DNA of 64,000 nucleotides from Candidatus Omnitrophota bacterium (GTDB lineage Bacteria; Omnitrophota; Omnitrophia; Omnitrophales; Aquincolibacteriaceae): NCBI GenBank assembly GCA_903884815.1, contig CAISGE010000004.1, positions 5,136 to 69,135 of the forward strand, read 5' to 3'. Shown piece by piece: positions 40,001 to 44,592 of this stretch (position 1 is its first letter; each line of letters starts with the position of its first letter). The notes under the pieces were generated by a model. It saw only the letters and a program-made list of their open reading frames with translations, ran no database searches and was not told where the DNA came from. The position numbers and the translations under genes were made by a program.

Positions 40001-41094
40001 AACTGCGGATAGTCGCTGAATTTAAAACCTTGCGGACCGGCTTCCATCACGAGTTTTTCCATCAGATCACGCGGCTGAAGGCCGGCCGGCGTCGCATCTG
40101 ACTGGCTGCGAAGCACGCTCACGCGCTGTCCCTGGAAATCCTTGATCGCCGCGAAAAGCTGCGGGCTGACTTGCTTCCCCTGCAGGAACGCAAGCAGCGC
40201 GTCCTTCTCGGCTAGCGCCTTGTCGGTATTCAGATCCTTCTCAAGCGTCTGGAGCACCATGAGGCGCGTGATCTGCGGCCACTCCACCTGAGCGAGGACA
40301 CTTTCCAGATCAATCTTCAGCACCTGCTTGGCTTCCACCGCGAGGCTGTGGATAAACGGCATGAACTCCCGGTGCCCTTTTTCGAATTTCTTCCACTCCG
40401 CCAAATTCCGGCGAAGGTCCGGGGGAAACACCTTCGACGCGAGCGTATCCAGCCGCGCTTCAAAACCGTTCAAGTACTTCGCCACCGGAACCTCCGCGCC
40501 AAACACCTTTTTCAAGGCTTCATAGTTCTCGCGGTAAAGATCGGCTTTCTCAATGCCGTACGCCCTTGGCGCGCTCAACGTGCTACGCTCAACGCTCAAC
40601 GATTCTGTTTTGCCATCCTGCGTTGTGCGTTGCGCGTTGTGCGTTGCGCCGTCCTGCGATAGCAGAAAGAGCTCGACACCATTCAGTTCCCCTTCCCGCG
40701 CCATGAGATCCGCGAGCTTTTGATTGCGCTCCGCGTCGGGAAACATCTGGAGGGCCGTGGGATCCAGTTCCTCCACGGCGCCTTCCACGAAGATGGTTTT
40801 AAAATCATAGGTCTTGTGGAGATACCCGATCAGCTGTTTGATCTTCATCTGAGCGTCGTAATTTGCGTGAGCGTTCTGAATGTGGAGGATCAACCGGGGA
40901 TCCGGCCGTGGCGGAGCTTCGTAAAGTCCATCCAGCGTGGCAAGCTCCGACGGAATATCGATCTGGAGAAACGAGGGGGTTTCGAATTTCGGAGCGATCT
41001 GGATGCCAGCTCCAGGATTGGCGCTAATACTTTGCGTCATCACGAAGCAAGCCAGTGTCACCAGACTGATTATCTTCTGCGTCGTTTTTGTCAT
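22045..41094 (-). CDS. giant secreted multi-domain protein (6349 aa). It has a signal peptide, three HExxH zincin-like modules, an ABC1/UbiB-type kinase domain, an HD phosphohydrolase motif, a central multi-helix hydrophobic block and six RSE[TV]R motifs
   Basis: A single stop-free frame runs for 19,050 nt. The N-terminus MTKTTQKIISLVTLACFVMTQSISA is a Sec-type signal peptide. Motifs were read directly from the reverse complement at the sub-feature coordinates below. Confidence 0.9.
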   Translation of the reverse strand: MTKTTQKIISLVTLACFVMTQSISANPGAGIQIAPKFETPSFLQIDIPSELATLDGLYEAPPRPDPRLILHIQNAHANYDAQMKIKQLIGYLHKTYDFKTIFVEGAVEELDPTALQMFPDAERNQKLADLMAREGELNGVELFLLSQDGATHNAQRTTQDGKTESLSVERSTLSAPRAYGIEKADLYRENYEALKKVFGAEVPVAKYLNGFEARLDTLASKVFPPDLRRNLAEWKKFEKGHREFMPFIHSLAVEAKQVLKIDLESVLAQVEWPQITRLMVLQTLEKDLNTDKALAEKDALLAFLQGKQVSPQLFAAIKDFQGQRVSVLRSQSDATPAGLQPRDLMEKLVMEAGPQGFKFSDYPQFSTYAGYLILKNELDPKGLFEEIKAVFTRILDTQAVSPRQKELVQLFRDEELIRKLLNLELPRKEWQEVEQKRGLVKTPATLNEAKDLGGDSSAAGFRMTENADSLSMDAMVARLKVIGTALSKEYGLPLSNFETKKVNDKFRSEVTGAQAAAYSFYEAAHKRENVFYEKINDVMTKGAVSKAILVTGGFHTDGITDLLREHQTSYGILTPRLTEKSNDKMYRQNMLQTQSSLFDLATLELPSVLQRSGVLSDQGVDIEALERHLESWFLKLLGGDPKNLEATIKFYNDFVAKEFEHPLNVEPEGENGYVMTSDAFTKNGKFYAVHFTPIGDGSKYSVTVSLARSEGRQKPRSKVRPTEEPIATTEPVSTKDLASGQKGEKLTKGGLIFEWSAAGNQAGFQDGHQLFEQRLFPFLHEHESELNHYLADVGIPVNEVIHISVHAGVLSGSGRHVHRMTFQAGGVSRDLAIKFSDERHLNLQSAKRDKALNLKIVSNPRVARKVAREISVDSQVHFVDTDLVYMQLSEWESGVTLESFIKSNKDPGIRKRIFEQLLSDAHLLWSQVQFEFQSGFPVGVVYDYGIDDVLLRNPEEVAKGATPDLVFIDPVKAFDLPTDSNEVLISAFTTVLGQLQLVRRFFKDAAELLGFLGGVLGESSKPVFQHLRGMDATDKIKRDFVRNVVRFLEAEPADFDLAIENYLNGRAETRTLPVKGRIPIDAAIEGENNAAMRAILAKDGLIGRNSGEFSGIYNEVETVFRDILGSQKVGLVPDQFELHLMDKNEPDAFVYPGDHRVYISLGFLKLIEAYVAQLPPDQKLAGSRAMIAYILSHETGHIKQGWADYEEEQRLGVNPPLNSILKRRAVRFTDEEDADNNALDFMESAGYSMQGAIMAMRCIREYMKANNLKDSWLGEHNTVERRLKNMENQKKRYWRHFNDTRGDISTLATKELGGQSRRRTRESGLKEEAVSKRITGSFVNYGDKASLKMILDLMSSAETMEELQTLYALAYILKRKNGVDDSEAVYKSRASTLCSKLSPDEVSAYEVQRKFVLEDAVDKFLSSNSSAEEFASRITEFLTKSGSAVNGESLLGLLEAQPPDILNFESQSVPSLSRAARQKTAQDHGREDMEKSFLELKSVIFDSHIRFIESVVREYLARNQDSLTPEQLMDLYRRIDQRKRELEVRAQYEAKPLGGELLFRDILRLVESAMVKKLSAGATLNDADRKQFLRLLTDHPIDSVEDLLALLATGLLSAEEQRNLPIHATCFNGGANPVIENREFVLRWLKAINAPTAVEAVQLALEMFKGKYGDYISTIMEYYHLGPEGEIDLLRYALTTHAADLNERWKLEDEQDPDRNYDVRAFDRGLYARSLQQEDLLLMNSRLYEMILGENGLSEELLSDRIDSALAAAGVENAGELALPIRKIIFFYEMGGVFGANDYEGIIEYFKKIKLIDDGDPAASGSFKKTDPVHNVPFSLVERTALYNYLLSQRDVQTKRGTFSRMIRNLPGDWKPSAIGRIRTWNGFMVRIALALRLGKYRDNGIFDTHGRSRRIGEVPYRVDRLFFSDTPDVEISDQAYLGPFSTHDWQNRWLLYLPSDLIRNVSPGTVQNLLPSQIFNRLLDYGLPISAAGRTFEEVVAELNAVLPDGMMKNMALYLVFVEMVLRKNGVVVDDTMADYFDIAGVRQKIGALPAGQQQAILRSAALIMPSLQLDVAMEEANERIRISKSENCAININNAGQFAPSSVTERYTPAEFTNTGGHATQIVYAVPMLLRDILASHLSAEVPETEVKDIVEVMQSRRDLVRSFFAENSEPKDYFMEQLFRGIRDAMRANKLTREQQDSLITHMRAMLDNDFKSSSVRERSALLALEVDREMRPDLFSDFSEEVRIVVENYFKEFSYTRDDVLRSIQNERVVTPRMLEIVQSYLLQFRGNTRKEGVRDNLFGKEKILLQVVSELAPESKKDLILWLVGVTENKPAFLLRIEHDFEVNYDFLRELFRGGEEGHYKGIGTSLRQDMLDLLLYGKNGVLAETAKVTRRDMSTKHGLPYVREYPNHAAADLFDAIFNYAYPKGEAGTEKERRDLYKGIYDILIEAGDPYRKEQVLLSLCAGLSRIADPGLSREEREAEVVGLVFESFGITMVKLGQILSSSPLIDDKDITPEIRARLERLKDGANPMPIEDKFEMTDRVFGSFTDVFQELHNKKRNASVKAVDEALTQDGSREIVKIKRPDGEQRIEEEIAFMRRVAAMLGDKLKINVPKQMLDRVEDRIRKEMDFDLEGENQKRLAKAIRVVQAGAENAFRGYEFDVPIAHEIAQNSVMRERTAPGVPLTDDAGVAALGIDPVAVEHILGHLFFRMMFICGFYHADPHRGNIFVSRTAEGKIRISIIDLGAASTLSIDSRKSLWALMQALLIGQKLPVGKGIARKMAVKELRALLVGQASMNPDVEVKISNVLASGKSMIGKFLGVIAELERAGIPVKDDVMDVFNLLASCGQLFNFSGMTSLELLKMVRSIKSADWLSVEDLSGADAAKINIPNVRSETRTPTDVAQPARSSESRAEQRRNIWRRLRRSPLVRILVPPALAGVLCFSAMKSNRVYRWMVESDQLWSVRAIIERVVVTPLKGAGELNVAMEIEKGSTGLSLEDARFMAGINETIRQLMEKGIPYHEALPILKAEASKYPHYVSEEKRFRELKRERGMDIPADFPLLMRYWAAMTDYLIKKYLEAAGIDGKDNAEASTILKRSTSILFQTDDLTTTFARVFIRHPNGFEFPGPEGFEVKIQSQTDGMTFDSWASVFWHEYTHLLSDLQIGASSTEGPFRDRRFLGAALFKTLATGTPTGKVAGQSVVKTPKELHASWRPFLYGTGGGESWTGDLDLIDGTFNANFNRERGAHYSTYSEGEDFGKWLLERYATSYPADFVARLYMESHESLDLGQMILAGDILERILPPIKKFSELGADRNPSRKEVAKMEQWALAQARLAGPLYEKPLGEIGELAIKIAAKYSPKKSASVASSPETEGAETSATPAEAGLSRSGSRWVSPANLWKQFQRVLLPGLIMIQVVRYIASMRAREILKHPGFLYAVEYLVVYLSTFPYVAKLIASVLRQAPVETSPLGQVAIIAYLLLWDVLELPWQTPWFEQVIKGGVTKEERTLAGFALALKYAGAFFLLGGMTAVAIFFLFDAAKLIFKWDQPGRLTTARAKVNRFLKSAFFAGLLKIGELLVGRGPSLNPPNAAEVRPAEPGAGRSETRVRDALNLANSAKMDGDSIDRFLEYLARSVPVLRNEFPRSVGVVQKLSLRKHDAQVLHEFEQRKEFFPNNFSPRFYRLLIAIHDVGKPTAVEDDGDKSLQHKRSLQLIQDNKLYDLFEFTPEERKLANALIAFDPLGRMLERTYSARIRGDDAEIAQALEDAFVEVRTAAREAQLPIAQFFQILTEFYRVDAGSYAGLREHAFDEQMNFKSPDYEELKKLVTNGRRKGMPAEASSSFVAKPAPSKPARAPSTRSKGANRFSHGWSRAVMEKWKRAKASLKEKGFPISRDGETLNIAQIYLVHMTDANPEEDGFIHPRSFFSEEVLTPNGDFLQPHAWETLHFSLNSTVTSSLLPERSPFYRAKYVVLIPLAAVLDQLAVIDPMDTVIIGSLKLPPGSVILGNETFLPEAALPASSGIEVRRLSEDPTQTVSDAVAATLLDKGVMPMDFAPKIKAAGADAKDDGFETYKAPRGGWYDLDGEDLNNQRAFANFAREHHILYDSPAAMPLEKLEELVHRVFNYYLKGEIGALRALHDYYDPDLKNFHSLLEIKKHIERFMKLSADQYGAHPSEEVRKGLARASYVANQALALIRADEALFNDTNKRFNDDRGNSAHAEKVRKVMDAANPGQSREDMFPPIPQQKNPLGFDLMGNILHELRSAEADVRREGIRKLRFWVETQREGNPLRDERLTQFLKEGASDPEIFQAVVDLLMREDKTQGLPSRIALLLEVDKSCRASDGLMQQRGVLARSLVALNKASAGDGVTTGTLTQNEDMREYMEGWFPGYRGLSMSPQERFDFIMALVDYGILKSPDRIKSELALFFTGQHHENLMNQYAVRYRDSYMADNAGHPPLGFHLVDFLDELSLQPADRAQALSESFASHAGIDQPGPLVGTSEQPVVLPPVPAKKERPAVKMLERDIPMDEPVKILEELTRSKWDGTDIEALSEDALMEHMDGLRAMGLLSLNGGPQIDDGMLDQRSRLREELSGLLKYLDARAIAFMISSFKGTGRMYGNPRRSNVVMRVVDNELVLRLADNGDLPVARAAWEIMESFTPVGGGQLDGIPRRTPFVAGGQMLGSGPSRSTARLPQNSELKPINEKNWSLSADEFMDVVMRVHEEDNGEEFFGEIQGDDNASAALKDFVKRHYLFAARSGFFFNEPKDRYFHDFVAPGGRSESRSNNSTAATDRSEVRKALLRRAGLAGLSLAASISLHGQQLEPDYVPSVTKHEKDGIHLTGYMGKAPVYMMQNHNSAYLAWAAAGIHEAVLYHWDSHFDLGDLENVKDPDKPDMSKPSFSIEGFIAPAVLQHMISEIYWILPEYPGAAPAVLKGGTYYVGLLTSKTDPSDKQVYMHPEEDPGKRYPGILEKYTLSHLRPIKVHIVYLKELPQADPGKPLILDFDMDGFSMKNKDGKDPFNAAGLKAEVERVFKAFAEKDVVPTLVDAALSPNFIGRGADVAKVMTETIKAETKKFVEKSGVTPEGAGHEAPVQPAEGKRQERRTLETTDQIRSETRTYPDLKMKDGAALVNVDGVPLLPSELEAGLKNGDISRVKTGYEFSDARLKRIWFHGVKKYDRDPLGDLAATGEMSRGMVTIAIEEALSWQEEGLLIFNFPDMETAKLYIKDFESVKIDPEKQTSERGFRRYGVASRDLIFEKEKCKAIPLEFLTPSSKWELIRLMSLRPGFDAEKMEKLAGFLKIPFDQVQSAFDESATFLGIPNEPDRSETRELLAGVVGQTSTMPVISPVSTRGDLRAGAKPVAEVRSSSVSDRSEVRLSTFTKTMISAMADRFLLDMAFRLRDVDPAKLNVATDLEEWNARDLNIGKAIDAVLHEKSSQWRDLSLSQKEALDFFVNHRDECIRIISNYIRSLKMGLSHVALLIRWVNQQKAGAKKDSTPIQSQSAAALAILTGERPSEAVVTNAWEDSVLHMSPGSVALYSPDMGAIRARLERPSVSELLERNAALPERENIDREVFWKIFATNLSRREADSSRATEGLLSVLRDIVGSNSGQEAEAALPGAALARLEGAVRSYEQALEDERSTQGSAGMVMKGLSENNAASVREVIRDIVKNGRWGSLVQEHSKKIFALLADAGISVDADEIIFVADDSELSHSLYSDATHEGSHIDLGGGKSVILVRTKFHQFEDLETVIHELTHKDYRSARTSEIPENQRSLSLVVEEARVSGEAIQKTAEIGEKIEKTDPLKSAEYAEWKAQDGTQTHPRERRFLSALTAHIPGGENAIERYLRSGNADALGLGKERLERLNGFINDFARRIYDPDSVYVVALTFAIEALEQPERFEMTLEAGQAVCEFLKAETGKEYANVGLGIASLAVSKMVKELTQNPSADAKALVAGSFRAAREESSVANAVDAMEAALDQARGAAVEAAVLPVMGQSPTAPAVRTEAKEGEMRSEARPTVKAIAAALKVTGFAEQYQKEPEARGTKTVDAGANILKALPPELRALLGKKKMSEVRAALSVDAKMPEAIVLVAFLVGGIMALSQDSPEEAARKLESLLAAAGGEEAPDIVSAFKRSNPKAFSHLAGQGAGRVFELVDALPTDEKELDAWVGTIVAIFMLNPNPEMRYKLPVVTDLGKQGPSPAQVRALKNRVIAAAEKRGMLRKDVEKRFSVFLTTTQKLNDKLNTDASGGSYVLLGARAIMRKLTDNLNTAKGVVVEEAYDATNADLRMASRLGAVGLSQALVPGKELSELTIMEMGFEPGKRITATDESLQSRLNQIGDAIHAFLQVLQAA
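23700..24000 (-). other. zincin-like module 3 (HELTH at 23830..23844)
   Basis: The reverse complement reads FHQFEDLETVIHELTHKDY. Confidence 0.5.
29800..30150 (-). other. HD-domain phosphohydrolase-like module (HD at 30025..30030)
   Basis: The reverse complement of 30013-30039 reads RLLIAIHDVGKPTAV, the canonical hhHDxGK box of HD/HD-GYP hydrolases. It lies C-terminal to the hydrophobic block. Confidence 0.55.
30440..30900 (-). other. hydrophobic multi-helix block (4-5 predicted TM helices) in the middle of the giant protein
   Basis: LLPGLIMIQVV..., FLYAVEYLVVYLSTFPYVAKLIASVL, LGQVAIIAYLLLWDVL, LAGFALALKYAGAFFLLGGMTAVAIFFLF. Confidence 0.55.
31450..31800 (-). other. zincin-like module 2 (HEYTH at 31615..31629)
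   Basis: The reverse complement reads DGMTFDSWASVFWHEYTHLLSDLQ. Confidence 0.5.
32600..33450 (-). other. ABC1/UbiB-type atypical kinase domain inside the giant protein
   Basis: The reverse complement of 32881-32940 reads CGFYHADPHRGNIFVSRTAE, the ABC1/UbiB catalytic-loop signature (HADPHPGN in the family). RISIIDLGAAS at about 32850 is DFG-equivalent. N-lobe ASVKAVDEALTQDGSREIVKIKRPDG at about 33330-33410. Confidence 0.7.
37300..37700 (-). other. zincin-like module 1 of the giant protein (HETGH at 37504..37518)
   Basis: The reverse complement of 37501-37539 reads AMIAYILSHETGHI, an HExxH in a hydrophobic helix context like M48/SprT-type zincins. Confidence 0.55.
41017..41094 (-). other. signal peptide of the giant protein
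   Basis: Basic n-region (KTTQK), hydrophobic core ISLVTLACFVM and an SISA-N cleavage-site-like end. Confidence 0.7.
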
Positions 41095-41310
41095 AGATTG
41101 CTATACGCTTTAGTTTATTAATTTGTTTCTTATCTACATCTACTATAAAGTTACTACATGTTATTAATAAAGTCAATTTTGTATAGCAATATATAGCAAA
41201 CCTATCATGTTATAAACAAAATGGTTATGGAAAGTCAGGAATAAATTTCAGATATTTCGAGGAATAAGCCCAAGGAGACGCTTTTAATCTACCTACGAAC
41301 TCTTCTTGGG
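41095..41310 (-). promoter_or_regulatory. AT-rich upstream region of the giant gene with TATAGCAA-type repeats
   Basis: 216-bp AT-rich spacer between the pcrA stop and the giant-gene start. ATTGCTATAC at 41098-41107 sits next to the start codon. Its reverse complement GTATAGCAAT is at 41181-41190 and TATAGCAA recurs at 41192-41199. No Shine-Dalgarno is visible. Confidence 0.4.
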
Positions 41311-43428
41311 TTAGCGGGAATAGCGGTCGCGGGAGCGGTCAGGAGCAGGAGGATCGTCGTCGAATTCGATGATAGGATCGGGGTCAGGATCGGCATCGCA
41401 AACAGAGCGGCTCACAGAGTCCTGGTCATCGTCTTCGTCACGGTAGCTGCCACGGGAAAACGTGGCCCGGGCATCGCAAAGGCCGGCCGGGATCTCGGTC
41501 AGGAACCGAGACGGGAGATTTTGATGAGTGGCTCCGTACATGCGACGCGTGGTCGCGTACGAGAGATGAATTTTCTCTCTCGCCCGGGTCATACCGACAT
41601 AACAAAGACGCCGCTCCTCTTCAATCTCCTCGGAAGGACCCGCGAAGGAATTCACATGGGGGAAAATCCCCTCTTCAAGGCCCACCATGTAAACGATCGG
41701 GAATTCGAGGCCTTTTGCCGTATGAAGCGTCATAAGCGTCAGCACATTCGTTCCCTGGTCCCACGCATCGAGGTTGGTCACAAGCTCGATAGAATCGAGG
41801 AAGGCCGCCAAAGGCGACTGAGCCATTTCCGCGGGTGCCGACTCAGCCCCATCTTCCACGATCTCCAGTCTCTGGTCGGCAGTCTCGTTGAAATCCTCGA
41901 TCACGCTATAAAATTCCTCGATATTCTCCAGACGAGCCTGAGCTTCGGGTGTGCGCTCCGCCTCAAGAGCCGTCACATACCCCGTATCCTCCAGCACTCT
42001 CTCGAGGATCTCATGAACGGTCATCTCGCACTGCTTATTGCGAAGCTTGGTGATCCACGCGTAGAACGATGAGAGGGATTTCTGAACCTTGGGGGTGAGT
42101 CCCTCCACAGTTGAAAGACCTTGAAGCACCTCGTCCCAGGTCCTCCCTTGAGCGGCAGCCTGCAGTGTCTCCAGCGCTTTTTTGCCAATCCCCCGCGTCG
42201 GAACATTGATCACGCGTTTGAGACTCACCTCATCATGCGGGTAGGCCACGACACGGAGATACGCGATCACATCCTTGATCTCCTTGCGGTCGTAAAAGCG
42301 GGTTCCTCCGACGATCTTGTAGGGAATATTGGCGCGCATCAGTTCTTCTTCCATCACGCGCGACTGGGCATGAACACGATAAAAGATCACCTGATCCGCG
42401 AAGGTCCGTCCCTGCCCTTTGTATTTCATGACATTGCCAACCACATACTTGGCCTCGGCCGACTCATCCTCGGCATTATAAAGATCGATCTTCGCCCCGC
42501 CCTTCTGCTCTGTCCACAGCGCCTTCGGGCGGCGCATCTGGTTGTTGCGGATCAAATGATTCGCCGCTTCAAGGATCACGGGGGTTGAGCGGTAATTCTG
42601 CTCCATGCGAATCGCTCCGGCGTCAGGGTAATCTTTCTCGAAATTCAGGATATTCTTGATATCCGCCCCGCGCCACGCGTAGATCGACTGGTCGGGATCC
42701 CCCACCACGGTGATCTGGTGTCGCGCCGAGGCCAGGAGCTTCACGAGACGGTACTGGGCGTGGTTGGTATCCTGATATTCGTCGATCAGGATATGCTGGA
42801 AGCGGTCCTGCCAGGCCTTGAGCACCTCCGGATGCCTGTCAAAAAGCACCACGGTTTTCAAGATCAAATCACCAAAATCGCAGGCCTTGAGGCGCATCAT
42901 CCGCGTCTCATAAAGTTTATAGACCTTGCCCACGGAATCCTGGAAGAGATCCATCGCCTTCGCCAGATATTGCTCAGGGGAGATGAGAAAATCCTTCGCC
43001 CGCGAAATCTCCTCGCGCACGGCCTTGGGATTGACCTTTTTCTCATCGAGTTTGAGCTCAGCCACGCACTCCTTGATCACCTGGAGCTGATCATACTCAT
43101 CATAGATGATGAAATTCCGGTCGAGCTCCATGGCGGGGCCGTCCTGGCGTAGGATGCGCAGGCACGTCGAATGGAAAGTACTTATCCAGACTCGCTGAGC
43201 CACGAGTCTTTCGATGCGGCTGCGCATCTCCTGCGCGGCTTTATTGGTGAACGTGACACCAAGAATAGTGAACGCCGGCACCCCATGCTCGATCAAATAG
43301 GCGATGCGATGCGTGAGAATGCGCGTCTTCCCGCTCCCCGCCCCGGCCAGGATCAAAAGCGGACGGACGGGCGGCCAGGTCACGGCTTCTTTTTGAGAAG
43401 GATTTAAACCGGCTAGAAGATCTTTCAT
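41311..43428 (-). CDS. pcrA: ATP-dependent DNA helicase PcrA/UvrD (SF1)
   Basis: Walker A ILAGAGSGKTRILTHRIAYLI and UvrD-family motifs along 705 aa. Acidic C-terminal tail. Confidence 0.9.
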   Translation of the reverse strand: MKDLLAGLNPSQKEAVTWPPVRPLLILAGAGSGKTRILTHRIAYLIEHGVPAFTILGVTFTNKAAQEMRSRIERLVAQRVWISTFHSTCLRILRQDGPAMELDRNFIIYDEYDQLQVIKECVAELKLDEKKVNPKAVREEISRAKDFLISPEQYLAKAMDLFQDSVGKVYKLYETRMMRLKACDFGDLILKTVVLFDRHPEVLKAWQDRFQHILIDEYQDTNHAQYRLVKLLASARHQITVVGDPDQSIYAWRGADIKNILNFEKDYPDAGAIRMEQNYRSTPVILEAANHLIRNNQMRRPKALWTEQKGGAKIDLYNAEDESAEAKYVVGNVMKYKGQGRTFADQVIFYRVHAQSRVMEEELMRANIPYKIVGGTRFYDRKEIKDVIAYLRVVAYPHDEVSLKRVINVPTRGIGKKALETLQAAAQGRTWDEVLQGLSTVEGLTPKVQKSLSSFYAWITKLRNKQCEMTVHEILERVLEDTGYVTALEAERTPEAQARLENIEEFYSVIEDFNETADQRLEIVEDGAESAPAEMAQSPLAAFLDSIELVTNLDAWDQGTNVLTLMTLHTAKGLEFPIVYMVGLEEGIFPHVNSFAGPSEEIEEERRLCYVGMTRAREKIHLSYATTRRMYGATHQNLPSRFLTEIPAGLCDARATFSRGSYRDEDDDQDSVSRSVCDADPDPDPIIEFDDDPPAPDRSRDRYSR

Positions 43429-43445
43429 TATTTAATCCTGGTAAG

Positions 43446-43496
43446 GGGTAAGGCGTACTGCGTACCGCGTTTTGTTAGTCGCCGTACTCCGTACGC
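43446..43496. promoter_or_regulatory. array of five GTAC tetramers at 7-bp spacing (GTAC-N3-GTAC) upstream of pcrA
   Basis: GTAC at 43448, 43455, 43477, 43484 and 43491, lying 20-70 bp upstream of the pcrA start codon. Confidence 0.35.
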
Positions 43497-43518
43497 CGTA
43501 CGCGCGACAATCCAAAAA

Positions 43519-43893
43519 TCACTCATCATGAATCTTATACTTCCCAAATGCTTCCTGAAAATCGTAAACATTGTCAAAATCCGAGAGTTTATCCTCGGGT
43601 TGTTTGCTAAGGAGCTCCACATCGATTAGGGCGAAAACGATCTTGCCAAAATCCAGCGTCTCCTGAATGCCCCAATGCTTCAGGACCGTCTGCGCCATGG
43701 GCCCGAACTGCTCAATGGCGTAATCGCGTATCCCGGCCGCGAGTTCCTGACCCGTAATATGGCGAGGCTTCTTGAGATTCACGACCGTATCGTGCAAAGC
43801 GGCCAGAACGAAGGTGTAGCCTTCCAGCTTATAGCGCGGGTTCTTCTCGAGGATCTCTTCGATCTTTTTTAAATAAGTCAGGGCTTCTTCCAT
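43519..43893 (-). CDS. hypothetical protein (124 aa)
   Basis: Clean ORF between the lipoate ligase and pcrA. No motif recognised. Confidence 0.4.
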   Translation of the reverse strand: MEEALTYLKKIEEILEKNPRYKLEGYTFVLAALHDTVVNLKKPRHITGQELAAGIRDYAIEQFGPMAQTVLKHWGIQETLDFGKIVFALIDVELLSKQPEDKLSDFDNVYDFQEAFGKYKIHDE

Positions 43894-43932
43894 GAAAGTA
43901 GACCTTAGTATGTAGAAGGTGGTTTGTAGTAT

Positions 43933-44592
43933 CTAGCGCGGAACCTGAAAATAAATGTCCGGATTCATGTCGACGTTTTGTATCGTAACATTAAAGACCT
44001 TCTCAAGACCCGCCCGGATCGCACAAATAATCGCATCGCGCCCGATGCCCGCAGGAATGCTAATCGACTCATGATGCAGGAGGACTCCATCCGAACGCTT
44101 CTGGGCACCGCCCGCGATCTTCTTCCCATTCCAGGACAGATCGCTTTCGACCGGGAAATCGAAGCAGTCGCTCCCTTTCGGCAAGGACGTATTGCAAGCG
44201 TAGAACTTCGCATCAAGCCCGAGGGATTGAAGCCCAGCCTGAACCGCATCGTGAAGCATTTTGTAGCTTGTCCGGACCGACCCCAAGGCCGACTCCGAAT
44301 TCGCAAAAGGGGCAATCAATGAAAAAATCAAATCCTTTCCATGGAGCACGCAACCGCCGCCCGTAATGCGGCGGCAAACCGGCACCCGTGGATTTTGAAG
44401 AATCATGGAGGACTTTCCGAGCGCGGCCTCATCACGGAACGAATATCCCACACTGATCCATGTTTCGGAGGATACATAGAAACGGAGAAGAGGGTCATGG
44501 CCCTTCCCCTTCTGAGATTCAAAGAGGACTTCATCAAGCGCCATCTGAAAAGGCATCGGCGCTGCGATCGTAGGGAGCAAACTCCAGATCAT
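43933..44592 (-). CDS. lipoate-protein ligase / octanoyltransferase family protein (BPL/LPL catalytic domain)
   Basis: RRITGGGCVLHG and KKIAGGAQKRS resemble the LplA/LipM boxes RRxSGGGAV and KISGSAQ. It sits next to gcvH. Confidence 0.65.
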   Translation of the reverse strand: MIWSLLPTIAAPMPFQMALDEVLFESQKGKGHDPLLRFYVSSETWISVGYSFRDEAALGKSSMILQNPRVPVCRRITGGGCVLHGKDLIFSLIAPFANSESALGSVRTSYKMLHDAVQAGLQSLGLDAKFYACNTSLPKGSDCFDFPVESDLSWNGKKIAGGAQKRSDGVLLHHESISIPAGIGRDAIICAIRAGLEKVFNVTIQNVDMNPDIYFQVPR

